This document shows positions 51,105 through 64,000 of a stretch of 64,000 nt of DNA, piece by piece. The position numbers were made by a program, and so were the translations under genes. The notes under the pieces are model-generated. The model was not told the DNA's origin and did no database searches. It saw nothing but the letters and a program-made list of their open reading frames with translations. Each line of letters opens with the position of its first letter. The stretch's first letter is position 1. Location of the stretch: the NCBI GenBank assembly GCA_951406725.2, contig OX597828.1, positions 68,324,001 to 68,388,000 on the forward strand. The letters are read 5' to 3'. Origin of the DNA: Octopus vulgaris. Lineage: Eukaryota.

Positions 51105-52899
51105 CCTTAAATTATTATACTCTATATAAACAGCTGGGAGCGTAAAAGTGCATGTGATATTTGTCTTTATATCCAATATGAAAACACACAAAACAAAAGC
51201 AAAAAACCCCTGAATACTCGAGAAATACTAAATAGGTGAACTTGTAGTAGGATTTTCTTTTCGCTTAAGAGCAAATTTATAGTTAGGTTAATTAAATACG
51301 ATGGACCGTGAATAAAAAAAATTGTCAAATTGATTAAAAGGTACAGATTAGATAATTATTCCCTGAAATTTGAATATTTCGCTTATATTCGAATAAATTT
51401 TCTTGTGAAATTCAATATTTGAAGTTTCTGTTTGCCTAAGTTTTTCTCCAACTTGGCCCATCTGATGCACAGTTTGAATTATTTAGGCATAAAATATTCT
51501 CTATTTTAGAACACGGTAAGAGGGGGTAAAATTGGTAACTTTTGATTTCTCGTTATTTTCCCCCTGCTTATTTGCAATCATTACATTGCAAGTATGGCAT
51601 TATCATTTTGTATTGCTACATTGTACTTAGGAGTAAAAATTGGTCAGCATATTGAGGGAATCCGAAACGTAATCAGGTGGCAGGTGCTATTTCTTCAAGA
51701 ATTTTTTTACTCCGTCCGAATGTAATTGAAGTTGCTAATAAAATATCTGGATAATTTTTGGTGTTTAACAATCAATATTCTTTTCTCCGTTGGATTCCAA
51801 GTCGATTTTTTCTAATTTGATAATTTTCAAGTTTCAAAATTTGACGTCTAAAATGGGGTAAAATGAATAATGGCTAAATACATCAAGAAGAGAACACTCC
51901 AGCAGATCGTGAAGAAGCTATAGAGAATATTTAATGTTGAATTTTATTTTTTTTATTTAGTCGAGTTTCATTAATTTCCTATCATGTGCCATTTTACCTT
52001 CATCTTTCACCCCCCCCTCTTTTTGCATTTCCGATGGATATGGATTTTATATATTTCTTTTCTGGAGAATTGAAACGGCAAATTTATCCTGGCTTACTCA
52101 TTTTGCCCCGCTCAAAAAGAACGGCGATAATTTTCTTAAATATTGATCAAATTATTTTATAATTGCAGTTAATACATTTAGGGCAGGCCGTTCGCTTAGC
52201 TGATATAGTTTTTGCAAAGTAATGAACATTTGTAAAAAATATATTGTCCCAGTCCAAAACGCAGTAAAAACACCTGATTTTGCCCCACCCCCATTTATAT
52301 CTTATCAGTTTATTCCGTTTTAAGCGATTTCAAAATACTTTCCCATCTGCAACTTAAAATTTACAGCCATTTTTATTCCTTCTTCTCTAACTTTACCTAA
52401 CATTGAACTTTTAAAACTGTTCTGTGTTATAACGAAATTCCTTCCTTTTATCATCGTTCAAAAAAAAAAAAACTCATTGCCATTAGTTTTTCCTATTAAG
52501 GGCAAGTGCGCTGGCAGGACCGTTACTGCGCCGGACAAAACGATTTGCGGCTTTTCAAATTCTGCCGAGTTAACTTTGCCTTTTAATTTTTTCGAGGTCA
52601 ATAAGTACCACTTAGGGTCAATGTTACCGACTTACCGCTCCTTTAAAAAAATTGCTGGCCTTTCGCCATAATTTGAAACCTTTATTTTTTTCCTTATTTC
52701 TTTGAAGTTTTTCTCCGTCGTTTATTTCCTTCTACTTCAATGGTGGGAAAATTCGTTGATTAATGTCAGCGATAAGTCGACGTGTGCTGACCTCCTTTTT
52801 TATCTCTCACTATAATACTTGAAAGCTCTATTAATGTCATATTTGCCATACTTTATTTTATAGATTTTTATGGCATTTAGCTGTCTTTGTTCTTAATGA

Positions 52900-53316
52900 T
52901 TTTTTTTTTCGGTTTGAACGGCAGTTTTTAAAAGTAATTTCCACGTAACTAAACACTTTTAAACTTCGTATACTGGTGGAATGTGTTACATAAAACATCT
53001 TTTTCTCTTGGCTTTATTGAGAAAATTCTATAGTTTGTAAAATATTTCTTGTTTTTTCTTCTTCAATTTCTGCAATTTCAACCAGTCAATGATGTCTATT
53101 GAGGTAAAAAAAAACATTCTGTGCCGTATGAATATGTCCCTCGTTTAAGCAACAGATTTGGTTTATTTACATTTGTGAAGAAAAAAAGATACCCTTCCCC
53201 CCTCCCCTAACCCTAAAACAGATTGAAATGCAATAGATCGATACTAAGGTCATAATTATGGGTGACAATTTCATATGACACCACTAGAAAAGCTGCCGTT
53301 CAAACCGAAAAGATCC
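52900..53316. mobile_element. Second copy of the GGATCTTTTCGGTTTGAACGGCAG MITE
   Basis: Reverse complement of 30953-31341; ends ...CAAACCGAAAAGATCC. Confidence 0.82.
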
Positions 53317-54327
53317 TTTTTTTCTTCTGAACACTCTTAATTTCTCTCCGTTGTCTCCCTCTCATATTAGGATTTATTTTCTATAAGCACTAGAAAGTTA
53401 GGAAGTTATGGCCTTCATACATTTTACTTTAGGGGTCTTGAATTAAGGGCCGAGTTTTGGAATGGCTATTGCTATTTCATGGGAAAGGAAAAGGGCACGA
53501 AATTGAGATGATGATGGGGTGGGGAAAAATATAAAAATTGAAATGTTTGGAAAAAATATTCAGAATTGTCAGCACTGTTGCATGAAACAGGGAAACAAGG
53601 GCTTCAGTAAACACTGAAGATGGTGCAGGGAACCCCACCCGATTCTATGCTTTTTTCCCTTGGTCATGACGTTCAGTGGCTACGCATATACCTGATGATC
53701 ATATTACTTTACGTCCTTAATTACAGGTATTTTAGATTAAAGGTAAATAGAAATAATAATGAGAAATAGCTTCGAGGCAACGACTAGGAATTGTTAGGGA
53801 GAGAAAAATGTCAGCTGGTGGTAGTGTGAGAGAGGAAGGGGAGGTGCCATGTCTTTGGGGGAGGGAGGGGACATCAGCAGCTCTGAGACGCATTGAACAC
53901 ACACACACACACACACACACATTTATTGCCTTGTATTAACGGCCATAGCCAGAGGGCACCACATGTACATAGGTACAACTTAGCGGTTTGGCAAAAAGAG
54001 ACCAGTAGAATAAGTGCCAGGCTTGAAGCTGTGTCCCCAGCACAGCTGCAGTCCAATGACTAAGGCAGGCCAAAGGAAATAAAAGCACATGCATCAGCAC
54101 ACGACAACCGTTTGTCAAAAGTTCTTCCAAAATAGATTTGAGATTGGAAAAGCAAAACAGGTTTTCTCACATCAGCTGAAACCTGAATAAGTTTGTGACT
54201 GTTGCTGTGTTAGTATTTCACACACATTACAATGACGGCATTAGTACACTCACTCATCAATGCTGTATTTGCCTATGCAGGCTTGATAGACTGAAGTGTA
54301 GGGAGTCTCTGATCATGGTATATATAC

Positions 54328-54371
<44 letters not shown>

Positions 54372-54375
54372 TGTA

Positions 54376-54425
<50 letters not shown>

Positions 54426-54473
54426 GTGTGTGTGTGTATATATATATATATATACACACACATATTTATATAC

Positions 54474-54517
<44 letters not shown>

Positions 54518-54725
54518 TTATAAAAATTAGAAAAAAAAACACCTTTTATCAATTCAAAATGAACAATTAAGTTACACCATCTAGAAAATTACATATGATA
54601 GAAAAATTAAAATAATATAAAAGGTAATTTTTATATATATATATTATATTTTGTGAAATTTGATTTAGTATTTCTAAATTGAATTTTTCCCTGTAAGTCA
54701 GGAATAATATTCCCTCAAATAATAA

Positions 54726-54809
<84 letters not shown>

Positions 54810-55043
54810 ATTCTATAATTATACACATAATTATAATCAGGGGTCAGCTATAAGCCTTGCCTCGTACTGAATTAGAAATAGATGCTTATGTCTTTTCAAC
54901 TACCATAAAATCTCTGAGACAATAACACACTTTTTTTATGTAGGTAAAAAGAAAAATGATGAATCCGCACAACTTCGGTTAATTACAGATGTGTTTCAAA
55001 TTTAGAGTAAATTATATTTACCTATTATTCTGCTCAATGTGGT

Positions 55044-55365
55044 CATCATCATCGTTTAACATCCACTTTCCATGCTAGCATGGGTTGGACGATTTGACTG
55101 AGGGCTGGCAAACCAGATGGCTGCACCAGGCTCCAGTCTTGATCCGGCAGAGTTTCTACACCTGGATGCCCTTCCTAATGCCAACCACTCCGAGAGTGTA
55201 GTGGGTGCTTTTTATGTGCCACCGGCATGGGGGCCAGTCAAGCGGTACTGGCAACGACCTCGCTCAAATCTTTTTACACATGCCACCGGCACAGATGCCA
55301 GTAAAGCAATGCTGGTAAGGATCACGCTCGAATGGTGCCCTTTTACACGTCACTGGCACAGAAAC
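55044..55365 (-). mobile_element. Family C retroelement in Cry intron 1
   Basis: Same sequence as 158-430. Confidence 0.82.
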
Positions 55366-55718
55366 CAGTTTCTCTGAGTTATAAATTTGCGAGTGTTAGG
55401 ATCAAATATGTACACAATCAAGTGTGATCACATAACTAATATTCAACTGTGTTCCCCAAAATATACAGCTGAATGTGATACATATTTATCCTTTACACCC
55501 ATGTGTGTGTTAAGACTTATCTCACAGAAAATCTGCCTTTTCGATCTTGGAGTAAATTATATATATATATACACACAACTTATAAACAAGGGCAAAAGAA
55601 AAATTCTAATGCCAAATATGCCGAAAATAGACTTAAATCGTCGATAACACTATAATTTATCACTATAAGCACGTGTCTCAAAGCAAGACGATAGAAATTT
55701 CTAAAAAAGCTTCCATTA

Positions 55719-55779
55719 TTATCATGTCGGGCCCGATTTCAGAGTTAATTCATAAGAATTTTCTCCTCATCAGTGATAA
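55719..55779 (-). ncRNA. Degenerate type I hammerhead ribozyme motif in Cry intron 1 (antisense)
   Basis: Minus strand: TTATCA-CTGATGA-GGAG...CTCT-GAAA-TCGGGCCCGA-CA-TGATAA; 6-bp helix I, palindromic helix III, but C at the conserved U16.1 position. Confidence 0.55.
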
Positions 55780-56845
55780 ATATGGTAAGAAATAAATGAA
55801 ATACTTATACCCATGGAAGAAGCAAACACTAAGTCATGACGATTTGTCTATTTTCGGCTGATTTGGCATTAGAATTTTTTTTCTTTTGCCTTTGTTTATA
55901 AATTTAACCTTTAAAGGTATTTTTTAATATGCTGGCCATTGATAGAATTTTTTCGAAAAATTTTATCCTATATTAGATATATATATTGGATTTGTCATTG
56001 TGGGAAATTGGTAGGGACTTTTCTTCATCCAAATCCAGCTTGGTCACTGAATAATGAATTTTCTTTTAATAGTTGCTTCTTTCTACCTCACAACTTCAAA
56101 ATAGTATGAAATTTTTATGTTTTTCTTTTGCTTTAGAAGAAAAAAGAAATGTGATAATATGGTAGCAATATTTAAGAGTGATGTTCACCCTTTAAGCATT
56201 GGGTCCCTTTTGAAAATTATGGCTCAAAAGAAAAGTGTGTCCAGGTCCAACACTGATGGAACTTACCGTCAAAGGTGTTCCAGTCATGACCATCCCGTCT
56301 ATTTTCTCCCAGACACACTATTTGAACTATATTGTCCAATGTAACCTTTCATGTTTTAAGAAAGACAGGTGTGATTTGAAAGACATTTGGCTGCTATCAC
56401 TTAGGGATTAATTAAATTTATCAACTAAAGTAAGGGAGAAACTATTGGTGGTCCTTAAGTGTTGTGAAGTAAAACTCAGGAACTGAAATCGGGTTTCGAA
56501 TTCTACATTGCCTGTCCATAACAAAGAAGATAAAGTAAATGTATTTCTGAACTAATCAAGTGATTTTCTAATTGTGTTAATTAGAGTTTTAATTGCAGTG
56601 GTGGTGTTATTATTTGCAAGTCTAATTATGTTACCTGCATAATGAATATGCAGCTTAATTACTAGTCAACAGGGCAGTGAAATCTTTCCAAAATCACAAC
56701 CGTAACAATTAATGGTACCTTTCCCAGTGTGAAAAATTGGCCTTTTAATTAACCTTTAATTAACCCATATGTTCCCAGGTTTACTGTTGGAATCTACTGC
56801 CTTTTTATTTTGTTTTTAGAAGCATTGAATATGCATCATATTATA

Positions 56846-56995
56846 TAGACAAGAAGGTAATATTTTAAATGCAATATAACCATGAAAACTGCAGAAAGAT
56901 TGGGTATTGTTACCCTTCTGACAGGGAAAAATTATATCCAATCTTTCTGCTGTTGTCACAGTTGTATTGCGTTTGAGATATTACCTTCTTGTCTG
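56846..56995. mobile_element. Palindromic Tc1/mariner-type MITE nested in a piggyBac-like MITE
   Basis: TA|TAGACAAGAAGGTAATAT...ATATTACCTTCTTGTCTG|TA; nearly fully self-complementary. Confidence 0.7.
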
Positions 56996-59692
56996 TAAAC
57001 TGCCTTTATTTTAAGTTTGAAAGCAAAGAAGAATTTAGTAAAATTATTTTGTAGTGTAAGTTTGATGGTGTGTTTTAATTTAGCTCAACTTTTTAAATCA
57101 TGAAATTCATGTTTTACAACAACAACAGCCCCAGGCAAGTTTGTATCGAAAGAGTTATTAAAAAAAAGGGATAAGTTTATTTTGAGAAATCAAGTTTAAA
57201 AAATGCAAGCCAACAGGGAAGTTATGATTGTAAGTTTTTTTTTTTTTTGTATGAGAGTAGATAATTCAACCAGTTTTAATATTTTTCTGGAGGTGAGCTG
57301 GCAGAGTCAGAACACGAGGCAAAATGCTTAGTGACATTTCATTCATCCTTACATTCTGAGTTCAAATTCTGCCAAGGTCAGCTTTGCCTTTCATCCTTTT
57401 GGGGTTGATAAAATAAGTACCAGTTGAACACTGGGGTTGATGTAATCAACTTATTCCCTCCCGTAAAATTGCTGGCCTTGTACCAAAATTTAAAACCAAT
57501 ATTTTATTGGAGAGAAGACCAGGTTAGTGGTAACATTTTTCGAGGCAGTCAGCCAAACACTGAGAAGGCTTAAGTCACTTAATCTGCTGCTTTAAAACCA
57601 TTTCTATCAACTCCTCCCCATCGTAACACCATAATTTACAAATACTTGCTGCATTTTTGACATAGAATCACTACACTAGTGATTCTATACCCATGGGTGG
57701 TGCTACAATTTTGTCTAAAATTATATTTTGTTATATCATCATTATTTATAGCTGCTGACCTAAATAAAATATTTTTGAGAAAATATTTCACAATACTTTA
57801 TACCACTTGGTTTGTTGGGAGTTGTCAAGTGGTGGTGCTGGGACAAGTCTTTCTAGTTTTTTAAGACTCCTGGACTAGATTATGATTAGGTATAAAAAAA
57901 ATTGTGTAACTAAAACCATAGTGGTGGTCACCTGTGGACTGTTGATGACAGAGATGTCTTGCAATAATAAAATACATTTGATTAATATTTTTTTTAACTG
58001 AAACAGAATATCTTGAACATTCATCATCATCACCACCAACTTTTAGCACCTGTTTTCCATGCTGGCATGGGTTGGATGGCTTGACAGGAACTGGCAAGGC
58101 CAGGTGCTGCACCAGGTTCCACAGTTTGTTTTGGCTTGGATTCTTGGATGCCCTTCTTAATGCCAGCTGTAGAAACTGTGCCCGAACAGACAGTGGGGCC
58201 TGGTACAGCCCTTGGCCATACCAACTCCAGTTAAGCCACCTAACCCATGATATGGAAAGGAGATGTTGAATGATGATAATGATGATTACAGTAATGATGT
58301 TGCCTATCAACCAAAAACTACAAAATTGGCATTTTCTGCAGACCATGTCTCAAACTTGAAATATTTCTACTTAAAATAGTTTCAAACATGACATTCCTCA
58401 ACAAAATATAGAGTTTTATATAAACCTGCCTTCCACAGTTAAGGGTTATGAAATTTTGAGTGGATATATCTGATTTCTGCAGTAAAAGGTTAATGTTATT
58501 CTGTACTACAGGCTATAGATTTTAGCTAACATTATACAGCTGTCTCATTTACTTGTCTGGTTGACTCTGTTTTTCTGTTCTTGAATTATCAAATGTACAG
58601 ACAAGGTATTTATAGTCATCTGTACATACAGTTTGTGGTACTCGGTCGGTTACGACGAGGGGTGCAGTTGATCTGATCAGCGGAACAGCCTGCTCATGAA
58701 ATTAATGTGCAAGTGGCTGAGCACTCCACAGATTCATGTATCCTTAATGTAGTTATCGGAGAGATTCAGCGTGACATAGAGTGTGAGAAGGCTAGCCCTT
58801 TGAAATACAGATACAACAGAAACAGGAAGGAAGAGTGAGAGAAAGTTGTGGTGAAAGAGTACAGCAGGGTGCTTTTTACGTGCCACCGGCACAGGTGCCA
58901 GGCAAGGCTGGCAATGGCCACGATCGGTTGGTGCTTTTTACATGCCATGATGCATGAAAATCATAGTGACTAAAATATTCAAAAAATGTTCACTGAATAC
59001 ACAACAAATAGAAACCTGGATAATGCTGATAAGAAATTTGTTTTAAAAACGAGGTTAAAGTAGGTGCTTGATTTGTGTTTTTGAGCCTCAAAGAATGATA
59101 CCTTTTGAACTGTACTTACCTGTGGTTCAAGACTTGGCTACTGTTGACACTACTGGAAGTACAGAACTTCAAGAGATAATGGTTGTGTGAGACAGGATTG
59201 ATGTTGGCACTGGAAAGTCAAAAATGGATCTCATTACTTGATCATCCAATTCTCTCTGATTTGTAGGAATGGATCACTTTGAATGCCTTATATTAGACCA
59301 GTCATTCTATAATATCATTAATAACATATGAACTTACATTGAAATACTGAGAAGCAAGTTCCTTACATAATGAATATTTTTTTTATAATTAAGCTCCAGG
59401 TTAATTAGAAGGTGAAAAAATAGTTTATTGGACTAACTTTAGTTTCATGGGAATCATTTTTTTATTTATAGAAATAAGTACCAGTTGAGCACTGGGGTCA
59501 GTGTAATCAACTCATTCCCTTCCCTGAACTTGCTGGTCTTGTGCTGATATTTGGACCATATCAAGCACTAACTAGATTGGTGGAAAATAACTCCCTGTTC
59601 TATCTTCTTCTGCACATTATTCCAATGAGTATTTTTGTTCAAATATTATCAATACTGATTGTTCATTGATTATAATAATTTTTTTTTTTCAG

Positions 59693-59801
59693 ATTTCTAT
59701 TGAATTGCCTGGAAGATTTGGATGATTCATTACGGAAATTAAATTCCCGTTTGTTTGTAATCCGTGGACAACCTGCTAATATGTTTCCTCAGCTATTTAA
59801 A
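59693..59801 (+). CDS. CRY: Cryptochrome coding exon 2
   Basis: Poly-T tract plus cAG acceptor, 109 nt, [42 protein letters not shown] donor; frame continuous with exon 1. Confidence 0.97.
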
Positions 59802-60086
59802 GTAAGTTTATTTTGAAATCTAAATGGCCCATGTTGCTCATTTCAGGTAAAATTCCTAAGTGATCTACACAAAATTTTAACAAACTGAAAGCCATGTAAA
59901 TTATTGCACCAATGTTTTACCTGAAAATAAAATCTCGTAGACACTAAATGTTTGATATTTTTAAAGGAATAAAGAATACCTTTGCCTGTTAGTGATGTTA
60001 GAAAAAATAAAGATCAAACTTCTAAATGGGAAAGTAACATTACAAGTCACATGCTGTGATGATTTTGTAATTTTTCCTACTGTTGG

Positions 60087-60500
60087 GTGCAGCGTCGCCT
60101 TACTGGCACTTGTGTCCGTGCTAGCAGGGTGTCAAGAGCACCATCTGAGCATGATCGTTGCCAGAGCAGCCAACTGGCTTCTGTGCCGGTGGCGCGTAAA
60201 AGGGCACCATTCGAACGTGATTGTTACCAACGTTGCCTTACTGGCACCTGTGCTGGTGGCATGTGTAAAACAATTCAAGCGAGGTCATTGCCAGTACCGC
60301 CTGACTGGCTCCCGTGCCGGTGGCACATAAAAAGCAGCCACTACACTCTTGGAGTGGTTGGCGTTAGGAAGGGCATTCAGTTGTAGAAACTCTGCCAAAT
60401 CAAGATTGGAGCCTGGTGCAGCCATCTGGTTTGCCATCCCTCAGTCAAAATCGTCCAACCCATGCTAGCATGGAAAGCGGACATTAAATGATGATAATGA
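60087..60500 (+). mobile_element. Family C retroelement in Cry intron 2
   Basis: Same family as 4965-5305, with internal sub-repeats and a (GAT)n tail. Confidence 0.82.
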
Positions 60501-63112
60501 AAAGTAAACCACTTCTCCCTATCTTAAATTGCACCAAATCATCTGCAGCAGAACTAACTTCTGAGCAGTTAGTTTCAACATTTTATCGTTTTGATGGCCA
60601 TTAGTAAAGAAGTTGAAGTGAAATGGCTACAACTGGATTCAAAGCTTAAGCTCTATGATCATATTTGATTAAAGCATAACTTTTACACTGTGATATTTAC
60701 TCTTGACTAGCAAATATTTTAGAATAAAGTAAATACTGAAATTATGAATTGTTCTGTTTTTAAAAATAAGTGCAACATCTTTGTTTTAGAGAAAATAGGA
60801 AGTATTGCAAGCTGTGTTCTTATTGAATTTTTGAAGAGCATTAACAGCCCGAGGGAAGTTAAATTAGGTTAGAGTCACAGCTTAGTTCTTGCTGTTCACC
60901 AATAAATTGTAATATAAATTATTAATCGATAAAAAAATACAAAACAGGAAAAAAATATAAGCAATAAGATAATAATCATATTTTTGCTATTTTTCCATTT
61001 TTATTCTGGTCAAAGTTTACTTATTGTCATTTTTATCTTGTTTCAAAGTTTATTGTTTCACAGCAGACTTAAATCTCTTTTTGTTTCTTGGTTTAATGGC
61101 ATTGTTTTATTCTGAAGCTTTTGTGACAAGGAATTAACACAACATAAGGGACCTTGGCAATAAGGATGTTGAGTAACATTTGGCTTTTAGATTTAAAGTC
61201 TTGTGACTCTCCATTCTGCATCTGTGCCAGTGGCAAATTGTAGTTGTGATACCTGTGCCGGTGGCATGTAAAAAACACCATCCGAATGTGGCCGATGCCA
61301 GTGCCGCCTTGACTGGCTTCTGTGCCAGTGGCACGTAAAAAGCACCAACCAATCGTGGCTGCTGCCAGCCTCCCCTGGCACCTGGTGAGGCCAGATATTA
61401 CAGACGAGTGGGAGTTTGCTGTATTGCAAACCCATCAAACTCATCGTGGCATCGAATGACAGACATTGAAACAGTGTTGCTGTTGGTGGCAGGTGTGGTA
61501 ATTAAGCAGCCGCCACCACCCTCATCATCTTGAGGGTGTTGATTAGGCTATTGGAAAACTGTCTGATTGATTAGAGATTTAAATCCTGTTACCAACACTG
61601 AATTTTCCTGGAGCAAAGGCTTTAAAATTTTCAACAAGCTCAGTCCACCTGTCTCAATAGGTATTACAGGTAGGACAATCTCATTTGCTATAAGCAGTAA
61701 TGCAATTAATACTGAATTCAACAGCTTATGAACTGTATATTACTTTGAGAAGATATGACAAGTTGACTTGCCTAAGACATACATGAACATGTCATCAATG
61801 AAAGGCTTTCTAAGAATAATCTACTCTATCCATGATGTTAAATATTTTCTTTCTGGTGTCTCCCTATAATTCTAGGAGTCATGGAAAAGGAGGGACGGCA
61901 AAATTGAGGGAATGAATTACACCGTGAGGATTTAGAGATTAGCAGTGTTTTGTTTTGTAAAGCAATCAGCTGGAGTGATATTTCAGAAATAGGATTAGCT
62001 GCAGGCAGTGATTATTTGTTTCTATTTTCTCTGGTGGGATTAGCTTATCTCTGTTGTAGATAAAAATAGAAACAACTCGAACGACTGCATTGGTGATAGG
62101 AGACTGACATGTCGGCTTAATTAGTGGAGACTGACATTGAATCTTGACTGGAAGATGATGTTGGTGGATGCCAAACTTGTAAAGCTGCTGACATGTATAA
62201 AAATTGAGAAATATAAAGAGTAGGACAGCCTTATGTGAGATTGAAACTTAGATACAAAAGCACTCTCGAAATGTCCTTTGTTATTAGACTGCCAGAATTA
62301 GTATTTTATTTGAAAACAAATTATTGGATCTTGCATTTATTGATTTAATATAATTTACATCATAAAATCCATGATGTGGTATGGAAAGGCAGTGAAAGAA
62401 AAGTTCCCCTGCTCAAAAAGTTCAAATACCATTTGTATGGAGTTTAAAGCTTATTTTTAATAATTACAATTGTGATCCGTTCACTCAAGATGGTGATGGG
62501 AATTGACATCAACCAAAATTTGTGTGTGTACTTTATACACGCTGGAAGAGTGTATATAGATACTCTTGTTGAACTGAGTTTGTGACCTTGTTTTGATTCT
62601 GAGTTGTTAAAAATGCTAGATTAAGGTATTAGTTTAGGGGCTGTAGCCCAGGGATTATGTTAAAAGTTATTTTGAAAATATCACTGTGGGTCATAGCTGT
62701 ACATGTAACCCAAAGTCCTCCTAGTACACAATACAAAACCCAATAAAGTGCATAGTGCCAAAACACCCTGCAGATTACAATAATCAATAAAATGTAAACA
62801 AAATCTAAAAACTTATTCTTTCTGTGTTGCCCAGTACCCAAATCATTTACAATCTGGCATTGGTCTGCAACCTGATGTTTAGAAACCCCTGCCCTGCTAG
62901 CCCCTTGGTATGTATAGCAATGGTCCTTGCAGTACTTGTAGACTTGCATCACCATAGCATGTGTAGCCCAGGGATTATCAAAATCTTGGCTCTGGTTGGT
63001 GCAGTTGTATTGTATGTCATTTACCATCTTTGAGAAAAAGCCATTAAATCTTTCACATTTTTCAGGATTTGGAGTAATACCCGTTAACATTTTCTTCTCT
63101 TTTCTTTTTAAG

Positions 63113-63255
63113 GAATGGAATATCAACACACTATCGTTTGAAGATGATCCTGAGCCATTTGGAAAAGACCGTGATAATGCCATCTGTACGTTAGCGAGAG
63201 AGGCTGGTGTTGAGGTGATCATTAGAACCTGCCACACATTATATGAATCTCAAAA
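63113..63255 (+). CDS. CRY: Cryptochrome coding exon 3
   Basis: ttttaAG acceptor, 143 nt, EWNINTLSFEDDPEPFGKDRDNAICTLAREAGVEVIIRTCHTLYESQ(K), GTTAGT donor. Confidence 0.97.
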
Positions 63256-63539
63256 GTTAGTACCATTCACATTTATTCATGTTTTTTTTTCAGTCTTCCT
63301 TAGAATACGAACCCCAGTGTAATATGCTTCTTTGTGTATATATAAATATAAACATATACGTACTTATATACAGTTGTTCTTTTTACATTTATTTTTCCAT
63401 GCCAACATGGTTTAGACTTATACATACTGCTGAAGCATTGTTCAAAGATCTGGCCCTGATTAATCAGACCTATGTTGAAAGCCATTTTATTTAATTTGAT
63501 TTTAAATTAATTTAACTTTGTTCTTTTTTTCTCTCTCAG

Positions 63540-63724
63540 GATCCTCGATTTAAATGGAGGTCGACCACCTTTAACATACAACAAATTTCAGAAAATTCTA
63601 GAAAATATGAAAATGCCACCAAAACCATTAGATATTATTACTGCCAATGATTGGGGAAATTGTCAAACACCTCTTTCAAGTGATCATGATGACAAATATG
63701 GAGTTCCAACATTAGAAGATCTTG
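63540..63724 (+). CDS. CRY: Cryptochrome coding exon 4; gene continues beyond the window
   Basis: ctctctcAG acceptor, 185 nt, ILDLNGGRPPLTYNKFQKILENMKMPPKPLDIITANDWGNCQTPLSSDHDDKYGVPTLEDL(G), GTTAGT donor. Confidence 0.97.
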
Positions 63725-64000
63725 GTTAGTTTTTTTCAAGTTTTTGATTATTTTATTTATAATTAACTTTCTTTCCCAATTTCATAGTATGTTTTAAATA
63801 CATAGATTCATGTTAAAATGATTTAAAAAAACCAACTTTAAAGCTTGTTAGATTGCTTTAATTTGATTTGAAGGATATCTACAATGAAGTCGATGTTGCT
63901 ATTGATTAGATGAATTATTCTTGGTTGCATTTAAAAAAAAAATGCTATTCAACTTTCCCAGATATGTGGGCATAGAGGTTTAACACTTACTGAGCACATT

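Noticed and set aside
45142-59692. Intronic RORE like that of mouse Cry1 intron 1
   Set aside because: No match to WAWNTRGGTCA found by eye; only half-sites inside transposons. A PWM scan is needed to exclude it.
60087-60340. Regularly spaced ccggtggca..taaaa units resembling a CRISPR array
   Set aside because: Eukaryotic context, degenerate units, non-unique spacers and no cas genes; these are internal sub-repeats of family C.
62996-63112. In-frame ORF extension before Cry exon 3 and an upstream ttttcAG at 63064-63065
   Set aside because: The 63113 acceptor gives the conserved exon size and frame; the upstream AG would add 47 nt and frameshift, and nothing shows it is used.
62629-63237. 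Longest ORF (202 aa, minus strand)
   Set aside because: Antisense shadow of Cry exon 3 plus intronic sequence; no recognisable domain.

Overview
AT-rich, repeat-dense animal genomic DNA. The SINE and retroelement families and microsatellite style suggest an octopus (inference, not verified). Two divergently transcribed, intron-rich genes are present. On the minus strand is the 5' end of CSTF3/CstF-77 (conserved 102-nt exon at 926-1027, candidate first coding exon at 20674-20853, promoter near 21.6 kb). On the plus strand are the first four coding exons of a mammalian-type (repressor) cryptochrome (44972-45141, 59693-59801, 63113-63255, 63540-63724), continuing beyond the window. Most ORFs in the supplied track are spurious or are decayed transposon fragments (RTE, CR1, Gypsy, mariner). 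The most striking non-coding structure is a duplicated module upstream of Cry (cores about 31345-32045 and 39375-40070). Its core is almost identical between copies while its flanks have diverged, and each copy carries E-boxes, an E'-box/E-box pair, a D-box, a CRE and a nuclear-receptor site, so it looks like a doubled circadian enhancer. Also seen: minimal hammerhead-ribozyme motifs, Merlin-like MITEs next to both promoters, nested transposons, inverted repeats flanking small exons, and a Gly in Cry where Arg is conserved. Transposon boundaries are approximate unless target-site duplications (TSDs) are quoted.
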